Shown here: piece after piece, positions 27,979 to 40,187 of the stretch
Layout: each line of letters starts with the position of its first letter
Position numbering within the stretch: position 1 is the first letter of the stretch
Notes under the pieces: generated by a model
What the model was told of the DNA's origin: nothing
Database searches by the model: none
The model's input: only the letters and a program-made list of their open reading frames with translations
Assembly: GCF_003918875.1 (NCBI RefSeq)
Contig: NW_025766780.1
Span: 3,472,001 to 3,536,000, forward strand
Origin: Haliotis rubra
Lineage: Eukaryota
DNA length: 64,000 nt
Direction: 5' to 3'
Made by a program: the position numbers and the translations under genes

Positions 27979-28171
27979 CACCACCCCTACTACCATTACT
28001 ATTACAACTATTGCTTCTACCACTAGTACTATTACTACTGCCACTGCTACTACCCCTTCTACTACTATCACTACTGCTTCTTCACCAATACTACCATCTC
28101 CACTCTCATTACCGCTGCTGCTACTACTAAAATTACTACTACCACTACTACTGTCACCAATGCTACCATCA
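27425..28171. repeat. (ACT/ACC)n trinucleotide array with gaps
   Basis: tactac repeats interrupted by a SINE and N gaps. Confidence 0.85.
27752..27838 (+). mobile_element. SINE family B, 5' portion within (ACT)n array
   Basis: gacccgtga...gcttgtcgtaagaggcgactaacgggatcgggtggtcaggctc. Confidence 0.8.
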
Positions 28172-28312
28172 NNNNNNNNNNNNNNNNNNNNNNNNNNNNN
28201 NNNNNNNNNNNNNNNNNNNNNNNNNNNNNNNNNNNNNNNNNNNNNNNNNNNNNNNNNNNNNNNNNNNNNNNNNNNNNNNNNNNNNNNNNNNNNNNNNNNN
28301 NNNNNNNNNNNN

Positions 28313-28817
28313 GGCGAACTGGCTAAAGCGCCAGGCTAGTGATCCAGCGAGGTTGAGATGATGGGATCGAGCCCACCTGTGACCGGGTGTAAAAACCTTG
28401 GAGTCAACTTTGTGTGCCGACTCTTTCAGTGTTGTCACAACCCCTAGTGTACAGTACACAACCCTGTGCACTTAAAAGAACCCACGAATCCGTTGGTATA
28501 TGACCAGATGGTGGCCACATGAATACGTGCAAACACCTTGTTGCGGGTACACCAACGTGCAGTAAACTTGGACAAAGTACTGTGACTATGTGTCCAAGTC
28601 CACCCAGCTGTGAATGGATACCTCGTAAGGATGGGAAAGCCACACTAACTCGGTGGGCCTAGTGGCTGCAAGAGTTGTATGATCCCCAGGGAGTTGAGAT
28701 TGATAATACGAGTTGCCGTTTGGATTGACATCCAGTGATCGAAGGGAAAAAACAAAGCGCCTTTGAGCAGCTTACAAATCGGCGCTATACAATTGTTAGT
28801 GTGTAAATGTAAATGTA
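28313..28817 (+). mobile_element. tRNA-derived SINE with Deu/Nin-like core and L2-type tail
   Basis: tggctaaagcg..gggatcgagccc; ccacccagctgtgaatggatacc; aaagcgcctttgagc..ggcgctatacaa..(gtaaat)n. Confidence 0.6.
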
Positions 28818-29804
28818 CTACTACTACGACAACTACTTCTAGGTGTAAACACCTAAGTAAAATGTATGATCTAAAATGCCTTAAGTTGCGATATATGTAA
28901 TTTAACGGAAATTGAGGACGGATATAATTTTTATGGGTGTGTCCTTACTATAAGTCAAGCAGAGAGCTGTTGTTGTCCTTATACTATCATCTATATAAAT
29001 TAAAACAGAAACTTTCAGACCTTATGTCAACAAGAAACAGCCAAATCTTACAGGATAAGCCATCCTTCTGAAAAGGAATTATTGAAAATAATATCCTCAC
29101 CTACTGTATTTATATGCTGTGAAAAACACATCACCACGCCATGTATATATCTACGTGTACACTTGGCCACGGGGCCTCAAACATTGAACAAACTTTAGGT
29201 GATACCATCTGGAATAATTTGGGCAGTTTATAATTTCAAACATCATTTCAAACGTTCGAACTGACACGTCTCCATTTCCGGATGTGGAAATGATTAGGAA
29301 TTTGTACAATTTCAAATGTTTTGTGCACGTTTGGTATGTATGAGACCCGATTTGCAACTATATGGATGGGGTAACTGAGAGACACACATCCCATACCAGT
29401 GAGCTGTGTGCACTTGTATTTCCATTTCAAGACCACATACGATCATAAATGCTTGATGAAACCACAAGAAACATAATGAAAATATAAGGATAGTCACAGC
29501 TCATTAAGGTGGACAAATTAACGAGGAACATCTAATTGCTTGTGGCTACAGGAAAGGTTTAGTTTAACTTATTTGCAACTTTATCAAAGATGAACTTTAT
29601 TTGATGAAGAAATATTAAGACAGAAACGCATTGCTTTAAAGGCAAAACATTAAGTGCCTGCTGTTATGGACAACATAAAGATATTCCTAGATAACATTTA
29701 TATGAACGTCATGCTGATATAACATATATAACGTTCATAAAATATGCAGGCCTCAGTGTTAGTAATATCTAATGATATTTACACAAAAGACTTTCACATA
29801 ACAT

Positions 29805-29945
29805 GGTCATGACACTATTGAACATCGGTCTTCGCAAGTGGGATACTATGGCATGCATCAATCAAGTAACTAAGAACCACCACCCGACCACATTAGTTCC
29901 CTCTTACGACAACATGGGTTGCGGAAGAGCAATTCTGACCGAAAT
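29805..29945 (-). mobile_element. SINE family B, degraded
   Basis: Reverse match ttagttccctcttacgacaacatgggttgc. Confidence 0.55.
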
Positions 29946-31698
29946 TGTTTTATGGTTCCAACATATGTGTGAACCTATGAGAATGGTTAATGGATATATG
30001 CATAGTCAGTCTTATGATGTGGATAACAGTTCATTCCAAGTTCTATTATTGCCAACACTATGTATGTCGCCAATATCCACTGGTCTCTGCATAAGTCGTA
30101 CCTTAGAGAGGGAATTGTCAAGTTCCATATAATCACTATCAGTTATTCAATACACCCACAGACGTTGGGATAGTCGTTGGCAGACGAGTTTGATGCATTA
30201 GAAAATGGTTTTGCGCGGAAAATCTTCAAATTGTATACGCATATTGACAGTAGTAGGTGGCATTGACAAGATGGATACTATCACGCCAACTGTTGTTCAT
30301 TTTCCGATTTCAGTATGTCGCATTACTGCGTTGTCAGTCAAGCAGAGAGAAAATGAATTGACAATAGTTAGCGCATCATGGAATTCGCCCACGTGAATCA
30401 CATTGAAATACCTCTCTCAGATGAATACTACCAGGCCGGATGTCGTCAACAAATCATGAAGCCACCAGCTGTTTTCAGCAGAGCCTGTTTTAAATGAAGG
30501 ACATCTCCTGCTTACCTTAGCATGAGATGTCCGGTTTTTAAAAAAATGCGTTTCCTGCTTGGTGCGAGCCAGATTCACTCTGTATCGCTGGGGTCTTAGG
30601 CATGCCAGTAGTCTGTCTCATACTCCAAACTTTCTGCCCAACCCATTCTGCAATACAAAAGTCCAAAATAAAGCCAATGTAGACTCCCGCTTGTTCTGAA
30701 TCTGCTTGCTCACCGGACCTAATTCAGTATAAACGGAGTTACCTATTGCTAACACTATTCCCTATTTTCAGAGACTTAGTGTGTGTGTGTGTATGCGTGC
30801 GTGCGTGTTTGTGTGTGTGTGCGTGCGTTTGTGCGTTTGTGCGTGTTTGTGTGTGTGTTTCTTGTTGCATTTTCAAGATGAAATTGGTGAAGTATTTTTC
30901 AGATATTTTGTTATTGATTGAATTTTATAATGCACGGATGCATTGTAACATTGTCGTCGTTTAACACCCAGTAAATGAGAAGAGCGTAATAACACATTGC
31001 ATAACTTAAACAACTATAAAACCCCAATGTGATTGACAACATTTAAGCTTGTAACCTCTGTAGCTCTTTTCTCCCACTAACATTTGACTAAAGAAGAAAA
31101 GAAATATACCTGTAGAGGAATGCCCTACCTGTAACATTGATGTCCAGTGTCTATTACAATAAATATGTTGTTATCCATTAAGTATCTTACTTAATACTGC
31201 TCACCAACTTCTAAATGACAATCAAACAGATCATCCGTAAAAAGTATTTCAAGTTGATTTGCGCCTTATGTCCCCGCGTATGAAAAAGGTACGGGTTATT
31301 TAGCATAATGTACTTGATGGTAGTTGGATAAATCCCTTCCACCAATCCTAGCTTTGTATAATCTGCATCATTCCTTGTTTCTATAACTTGGATCTTGCCA
31401 ATATTTTCTCAAGTGAGTCGTGAGATTATGGTCCCACAATTCTACGTTTGACTCCGATTTCTCACTTTGACAGCTGGAAATGTTTTCACGAAGTTTCCTA
31501 TTTAACGAGTTTCTTCACTTATGATTTATTATTTGATTGCCCCAATTTACAAATTCAAAGACAAACAGGCTATACATTTCTGGAAAGATGAGTGTCAGTT
31601 GATTAAAAGCGTTTCAATTAAAATATGTCTACCTAGTACACCAGTTGTTTTAGGGTCATCCAACATTGTGTACAAGCTTCCTTTGACCTCGGACACAT

Positions 31699-31823
31699 GC
31701 CCATGAAGATCTGGGTTAATTGTCCTTCAGCAACCCATGCTTGCCGTAAGAGGCAACTGGTAATACTATATAGTTGGAGTATTGCTAAGTACGGCGTTAA
31801 CACAAACAAACAAAGCAAGCAAA
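31699..31823 (+). mobile_element. SINE family B, internally deleted
   Basis: Head and tail present, middle absent. Confidence 0.7.
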
Positions 31824-32859
31824 CCTCTGACATACACCCATCATGTTAGGATACCTCAGCCTCTGAATCTTTCCCATCTGGCATGTGTAAAGGAACGAGA
31901 CATTTCCTTTGTCCTTGCTGTCTATTCTTTCACATAATATTTCATACTGTGATAGTTCAACTACCTCAACTTACCTATTAACCACCAGTCAATTGTCAGC
32001 GTTATAGACACTTGTCAGTAGGGCACTACTAGAGTTTTAGTAATATATTGTTCTATGTTGTACCAGGAGAAAGTACAGGCAGGTGTCACAGGTTCAATTG
32101 TTCATACAATGTACAGCACAGCACCCCTGGCACATTTTACAATTTGTGTCCCTAACAGCTTGCCATACAGATTAGCTGGCTGCCGGCAGGTACGTCCTGG
32201 GCTCTGGCACATGCTGCTCCTGCAGTCTGTGCACTCAGGTGATATAAAAGCTGCATGTGCCATGTGCCCGGCACACACCATGTTGGCAGTGGCAGCCCTC
32301 TATGTAATTTCCCTTATTACAGGTTTATGGCACGCTCGTGTTTGTACCACGATGGCAAATGGCACAATAAAGACGTTGAGCACCAGCCCAGTGGTCGTGT
32401 TTTAATACCCCGCGACACATACATTACTATTCTTGCGACAATTTGTGTTACTTATCTATGGAGATAATGCAAAGAATTCACTAGATGTTGTTAGAGTGGA
32501 TGAGTTATAAGTTCATATCCTATCATACGACTACATATGCCGTTCATGGTTTACACGCGATTTTCTTACTTATTGATGCCATGTTATAGGTACTGGAAAA
32601 TATACTTGTACATATTTGACTCAAGTTGAGATTCTATACGAGGGCATCAGTCAAGGATGCCGTTATTGTCACCTCTGAATTACACCCTGGTCGAAGTTTA
32701 CTTGAGCATGTCCTTTTTCAAAATGTATCTGATATCGTGTCAAATTCATATTGTACCACCAATTATGTTAGTCGTGGATTAATACTCTTTTAAGTGCTGC
32801 AGATAAATGGCAGGGCCTCATTCTGACGGTAGAACATGCACACTCGTTTCCTGCTGTCA

Positions 32860-33160
32860 TCATCTGGCAATACATTTGCTGTTACTGACGAGTCCTGCCG
32901 TACAAGCCCGAGCGCTACCACGAAGGCCCAAGTCGGTCAACATATTTTCCACACAATGTTCCCCACGATGTACACGTTGTGAATGCATTATTATGCATCC
33001 AGTGACCACTCTGTGCAGAACATTTCATCCCTCACTTGGGTGCCCACGCCCAGGGCCATGTTGTGCGATTCAGATGTTGTTGTAGCCTTGCACACAGTGA
33101 ACTGCGTTTAGAGCAAACACGATAACAATAGAATCATGACTTCTCCAGACCAGAGAAGAG
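32860..33160 (+). mobile_element. Highly degraded Tc1/mariner transposase remnant
   Basis: Traces of TDES, ARAHV and SPD motifs in the expected order. Confidence 0.35.
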
Positions 33161-34477
33161 CCAGTATATTCAAAGGGGCCGGAGACGTGTGAATATTTGT
33201 GAATTATGTGCCGTATTACATGTAGACCATATGTATTGTCATATAATCGTCTTGATAACTTTTATGAACTGAAACTGAATAATATCTTGTTGTGTTCATG
33301 CTTTGTGGTTCTGAACACTTTCAAATTGAATAAATCTATATGCGTGGGATGGCCCGGTGGTTCATCTTTACCAATCGACCATGGCGAATCGCCGTCACTC
33401 AGCGTCTGACTATTGCACGAGCCTACACTGTCTCGTGTTGAAGTTGTGGAAGGAGCTAATGGACTGATACCAAAAAAAATATGAGTATTAAACCCGTTGT
33501 TGCATTAATGATTGTATAAATGTCGAAAAACCAGGTGACCGTAGAGTCCGGGCGTATATCCCCCAGGACATCATGTAACGTTAATACGATTAGGCATCTG
33601 TTCTCGGGTCTACAGACGCACGATTGCTGTTACAATATTCAAATATACAGGTTTAACAAGGCATCATTGAGTAAAGCAACACAATGCTTGATTGCAATCC
33701 AGTTATAACATGAGTAAGATGTAGACATAGTAGGCAATAGAAACGCGATGGATTGTTTCGTGATGAGCTTATGGTCGGTCTTGTCATAACCTTATCACTG
33801 GTTATTGCTTGTTTACTAATGGTTAGAGTCTTCGGGGATGTTTTCAAGGGGATCATCTTATCCCGCAACAGATTGCAGTAGTGTCAGTAAACCGACGTCC
33901 TTCACAGGACCAAAATACGCACCACTGAAATACATGCTATGATTGGATTTAGGCATGTTTGCAGATATTTCCTAACTTCAGGCATATATTTTCTATAAAA
34001 TACTATACTTTTGAAACATATGCTCATCATATATTTTTGTATGCACAAGCACCTCGTTCATGTATGCTATGACCGGAATTTCAGCATCAATTTACAAATA
34101 GATACCCCAGCCAATACGTGATCATAGAGTATTTCCAATGCTTTTCATTGAATTGCAATGGGTGTTGAAATTATCGATTTCGTTTACTGGGGTTGGAGAC
34201 ATGGACACTACCTTAGGCGTTGAAAGATATGTAAATGTTCAAATGTTTACCCAGCTTAGATAATTATGTACCATGCCGGATATCATTTGCTTCCATCATG
34301 TGAAATACTTGGTTCCTGTAACTTCATTTTTACACATTTGAGTACTTTTGAAATCAACGTTCATAACCTCATTAATTTTATCACCTAAAGCCGTTGACAA
34401 GCTAACAGACAGACAGAATTTTTATTTCAGTCTTTCCTCACTGAAAGGAACATATAAAAACATACTATATATACAGC

Positions 34478-35051
34478 ATGGGACTGTACCCGGTCGTGGA
34501 TGAAGTAGCAAAAACACTGGAACCCGTAGACGGGTTCCGTTTGCGACAGATATGTGAGATTAAACAACAACTAGAACGTGAACGCATTACGCGGTCGGCA
34601 TTACAAAATAAAATATCACAGGGCCGTCAATTCCGTGGACGGTGTTGACAGCGCTCTGGTTTCAGTCAGCATGGGATTAAGCATAGCAGGTATCTGGTAA
34701 TTATCCACCATCGTGGCCGCACCCGTGGTGCTAGGCATCGAAATAACAGCCGGAGTGGTAGGGTTGATGGGATTGACCCTTATGTTCATATCTCGCAGAC
34801 TGCAACGTAAAGCATTGAAACACGACGAAATTAGAATTCTAGCCGAAGCGAAGTTAAACACGATAGACGATCATATTTCCACCGCGATCACCGACTCTAA
34901 AATCTCCGAGGAAGAGTTTCGTTTGGTGCTATCAGAAATCGCAAAATATCACAGAATGAAACAAGAGATTCGAACCAAGTCTCGTACAAACGCCGTCATC
35001 AGCGAAGACGAGAAAACAAATTTCATAGAACAACGGAAGCAACAGGCCTGA
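34478..35051 (+). pseudogene. Decayed Polinton/Maverick (adintovirus-like) membrane protein gene, resembling the 'gasderminX' family
   Basis: MGLYP..FRLRQICEIKQQLERE..R..L..KY.R..N, a hydrophobic hairpin, then KHDEIRILAEAKLNTIDDHISTAITDSKISEEEFRLVLSEIAKY. Frameshift at about 34614 and stop at about 34698. Family assignment from recall. Confidence 0.55.
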
Positions 35052-37923
35052 CAATCCTTCATTACGAAAACCAAACAAATCATAGAAGGAGATTCACAAT
35101 AAACTGTTTCGCGGACATCAACATAACGTAGCAAGCCATCTCAGCGAGCTGTAGGTAAATAGCCGAGGCGACAGATGGTTAAACTATAACAAAACGGCAT
35201 TGGAAACACTCTCGTTGACTTCATTAGATTAATTAAGACTTAATTACGACAAAAAGTTGGACATTTTGCCTTTTCCCGACAGACCCCATGCTCACTTAAA
35301 AGTCAATATTTCAGAAACTATTCAACCGATTTTCATCAAATTTTGCATGTACCTCAGTAGTAGTATACACAATGGGGCTACGGGATTAGGGACTTCCCAA
35401 GGGCTCAATTTTTTAAAATCACATTAATATTCGTTTTACAGCTTCTTTTCTCTTAACATGCTCACGTCAAAACTGATTTAAATTTTTATTGCAGATAAGA
35501 GAATAAGACAATAAATAGTATGCCAAATTATCGTTACCATGACAACCCTGTGATATTTCACTTTATGTAAGAGAGTAATAAATACGATGCAAGGTGTGGC
35601 AGTACTACTGCAGATGATAGTGTATGTCGTAAATTTCACTAAGTTGCTGCAGTGCTATCCCTAATCACTGGGTATCTATACAATTATATGTGTGATGGAG
35701 GAGAACATGCGTCGCTACTTTTCTCAATAATCTGAATACATGTACGTAGCGTGAAACCCGCAGATACCTATAGAAGAAAGTGTTTGCCCTGCCTGTAACA
35801 ACCATGTCCCGTGTCTATGAAGGGGATATAATGTGGGAATGAATGACATGTACTTTTATCTGGGCCTGTTTATGATGAAACATTGTGCGATCTTTCACAA
35901 TAATCCCACTGGCTATCAGATTGAGGGTACTTTTAAAACATAACCGGTATTTCTATTATTGTATTTATACAGCAATATTCTTCGAACTGTCTCCATATAC
36001 GTCTGCCAGATACATCGCACACTACCCCTTTCTCTCTTGATCTTCTCAAATGACTGTTGCAAGTTCGAAGAATCCTGGTCAAATTAGACAAGTCTTAAGA
36101 CTATCCCCTACAAATCTGTAACATACACATTGTACCCTAAATGGGTACAGCTTCCATTCGGGGGAACATTAGAAGGACAGCGATACAATTATCTCCAATG
36201 TTGTAGAAAGCACTTCACTAATCAATATTTTCGGTACCTTTCAGATCTGAACTTGAACATGCGTGGTCTGCGGCTGTCAGGCTAAAGGTCTGCAAGATGT
36301 TTAGCAACACTGGGGCGTAAGAGTCATGGGCCTGCTCCAAACAACGGAATATATATCTTGTGAGAAGGACTTCTCCGACAGGGAAAATTACAGCAATGCA
36401 ACATCACATTTACTTGTGACATTTGCTTTCGGAATCTGGTTTATGAATCGTCAATTTAAAAAGGACAATCAAGACGAATTTCACAAAAGACACGGAGGTC
36501 CAACATGCCTATGGTATACTCAGAGAACGCACCCGCCTGTGCTATCCGGTCATGATCGCTACACGATAAAAAGTATTTTTCATTTCATGTCTCACAGAAT
36601 ATATTATTTGATATGGCAATGTTTGTTATCATATACGTTTGTATTAATGAAACAAATTTGGACAATATTTAGTTCATGTATGGCGTTATTACAGCAAAGG
36701 CTGAGCGGAAGGAGAAATAACATGGTTCAGGCACTGTGAGACTATTAAAGGTCACATGCAGTGCAATAATATTCCAATTATGTACTGCCAAAACTATTTT
36801 ACAGTACTGATGCGCGAGCTGAAGAGACTTAAGAAATTACGAGTTGGTTCGTGTAGAGTATTTGGCCGCTCTCCAAGAGAGATAAAGTGCTATTCTGTTG
36901 GGACAGCTAGGGACACTTGCAAGGACAAAGGGGCACTCATCGCCCTTTTGTTTACCACTCACAAGATTTGCCAACACCGCAGACAAAGCGTAACTGATAC
37001 TGGTAGCAAGAGCGAGCGCAGCTTAATAAGCCATGTTAGCTTGCGTAATATTGCTTTCTTAGTCAGGCTCTTTTGATGATAAGAATAATGAGGTCACGTG
37101 AACGTTAATTTCAAACGTACTAAATGTGTGAAAATGAAATTACATGAACCAAGTAATTCACATGATGGAAACAAATGATCATCTTGCTTGAGCACAGGTC
37201 GCATGAAGGTGTATGAACCGTTCATATACATACCCCTGAAATCCGGTATGATACATAAATATCTAAGGTGTGTAAACATTTGCAAATTTGAAAATGTACA
37301 TGTGTTTCCCCACCTACGTAAATTTACATGTTTCCAACCTGAGTAAACTTAGAACGAAATCGGAAATTTCAGCACCCATTGAAATTCAAAGGAATGCACG
37401 GAAATACTGTATGATCATGTATTTACTGGGGTATCTGTTTTGCAATTCATGTTTGGAAATACTTGACAATCCGGTCATTGGCATGAACGAGGTACTTGTG
37501 CATACGAAAATCTACGATGAGCTTATGTTTCAAAGGTATAGATTCATATGAAATATATGCCCGAAGTTAGGAAATATCTGAAAACATACGTAAATCCGGT
37601 CATGGCATGTATGTCCTACTGTATTTACGTTTATTTCAATGGTTTACTATCCGGCTTTTGGTCCTGTGCATGTCATTTGGAAAAGGCCTCGACAAGGAGA
37701 ATCCCTTTTGTCAGTACACAGTAACCCTTGGCAATATGTTTACGGTAATCCATATGAAGGAAGTTGGTAGGGGGTGTGCGCAGAGGAGGTCCTGGATGAT
37801 AACCTTATTTTTTGCTAATAAAGATAGGGTACAGTGACAGACAGACAAGCAACGACAAATACTGCATTATCACCGTACACACGTATCTGCAATCGTTCTT
37901 AACACAATGGCTAGAGGACTGTG

Positions 37924-38086
37924 AGTGAGTGACTATGGTTTTACGCCGCTTTTAAAAAGCAATATCCAGCAAAATCGCGGCGACGGACACCAGAAATGGG
38001 CTTCACACATTGTACCCATGGGGGAACTCGGACCCGGGTCTTCGGCGTGACGAGCGGACACTTTATCCACTAGGCTACCTCTGCCC
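37924..38086 (-). mobile_element. tRNA-derived SINE (family A)
   Basis: Reverse copy of the 1686 element; 13-bp TSD ctagaggactgtg at 37911 and 38087. Confidence 0.85.
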
Positions 38087-38537
38087 CTAGAGGACTGTGC
38101 TCGAAGCTAGATGTCAGCTACGTGCCGTGACTATCTCGTGGTCCGAATGTCACAGTGAACGTGCAGGGCTGTTGGAATGTCTGTGTTGATAACAGTGATT
38201 ATTAACTGATAAACAATGTCCTGAATTTGTTTTTTATTGTAAATATATGCTACCGACAGAAAATGAAGGAGCGGATGATTTCAATGCAGCTATCGTTGGA
38301 GTTTGCATACCGAACGCAACATCTAATCACAATGAAATTTCACATTATATATTCATGAAAGGCTCGCAAGGCACTTCCCAACAGAAGTGAAACTGTGTAT
38401 GTCTATTAATGGGGAAGGAAGTACAGCAAATCACATGCTTAAAATGCATCCGAGACCAATGGGGTGGTGGCGTCGTGGTGTGGGGCATCAACACACATGA
38501 CATGCAGATCGATTTGATTGATATGACATTTGACGAG

Positions 38538-38700
38538 CGAGTGAATTGTGTTGTACGCCGCTTTTAGCACTATTCCAGCAATATCACGGCAGGGGAGAGC
38601 AGAAATGGGCTTCATACATTGCACTCATGTGGGGAATCGAACTCGTGCCTTCGGCGTGACGAGCGAACACTTTAAACACAGGCTACCCTACCTCCACCGA
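38538..38700 (-). mobile_element. tRNA-derived SINE (family A)
   Basis: Reverse copy; flanking ttgacgagc direct repeat. Confidence 0.8.
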
Positions 38701-40187
38701 CACTTGACGAGCAAACACTATGTTGATAAATTGTTTTCTTTTGTCGGAGCTAATTTCGCTGGATCGGCAGACACACTGAACTGCAAGCTTACACTGTCAT
38801 TCATTATAGTATCTGGGTCGTCACAGATCATCCGTATCAAGTAGACCCTCTAATTCCTCTAAGGAAATTACAAGTTACCTCCATCACATCAAAACAAACC
38901 GAAGCTTAAGTATTGAATCCAATATGGTGCAGTGTGACTTTATGTAGGCAGATAGATGCTAGTTGACACAGCGTGAGATACATCTTACTGGTGTACTCTC
39001 ACACGCAACATCACTGACAGTAATTAATCAGCATTTATTGTTGTATTTAATATGCAAGTGCCCTGGTCTGAATTCACAGGGTGTTATATAAGGCAGGTGC
39101 ATATTTGCAGCAAAGTCAAACTCGGTTTCGCGGAGATTGTCTGAAGGCACCTGTTACGTCACTAACTTCTATCTTCACAGCTGGACAGTGACTCAGACAT
39201 TAGCGAGGCCGACGGTAGGACACGTTTGTAGAATCTCCAACAGTTGGCACTAAGCTGGCATAGGTGGTGCGTCGTCAAACACACCCTCCGATCTGTCACA
39301 AGTGGCCAGCCAAGAACATCACATGTGCTTGTTTTACTAGTCCATTGTCACAGATCAGTATTTCAATTAACAGTTAGTCTTAAGTTTGCAGGTCAACAGT
39401 TGGTCATACACATTGATTGGCAAGATTGTTCGGTGTGTAATTCAGGCTCTCTGTTCGAAATTCCATCTGATGCTTGAACGATACGCTCTTATTATGTGGT
39501 GTTTCCGCCATATTTGCTGTAACACTTACTTTAAATATATATGCACGATCTATCTATTGTAACCTAATCACAGTATATATATTAACTATTTAAAAAGGAC
39601 AACTGATACTGACTTACCGAGGAATAAAAGAGTGTTGATCTAAAATGTATTAGCTACCACGGTGACCAGCAGTCATCTAGTTGGTGGGTAATAGATGGGA
39701 ACTTAACAGATCTCTGCACCTTAGTACAGCATTTCTTTCCCAACTATGTGTGTACATAGCATTTACCAAACACATACTAGAGCCTTGTACGTAATCCGTG
39801 TCTTGATATCTCCAGGACATGAAGTAACTGAAAATCCGTCCTACCGCCTATTACCGGATGGAAAACACACACACACACACATATCAAGAATAGCTCAGCA
39901 ACAACCAGGCAAAGAAGGATATACCACCCGCATTAGAACAATAATATTTACCGCCAGGCTGTACGTCCTTGTTTGATATAGAGATTAAAACATTTCTCCT
40001 TGGAGATAATACTCCCTGGAGAGAAAGGTCATCTTTGCTGTTGAAACGGAAAGGCTATGTTTTGAGAAGCGATTAAGCTTACAATCCTATTATTTCAACA
40101 CGACTTGTAAGCAAATAAAGCAATGATGAGACACCAATCTGAAGCCAACCTAACGTGATCTCGAGCAGAACAGCGAAGGATGAGGAC

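Noticed and set aside
27418-28339. Poly-Thr ORF resembling a mucin stalk of another paralog
   Set aside because: It is an (ACT)n microsatellite with SINE insertions and gaps; there is no VxVxCG start and no flanking lectin, CUB or TM exons.
30000-31500. Possible minus-strand LINE endonuclease/RT remnants (similar traces at 35900-36300)
   Set aside because: Too degraded to delimit or classify by eye.
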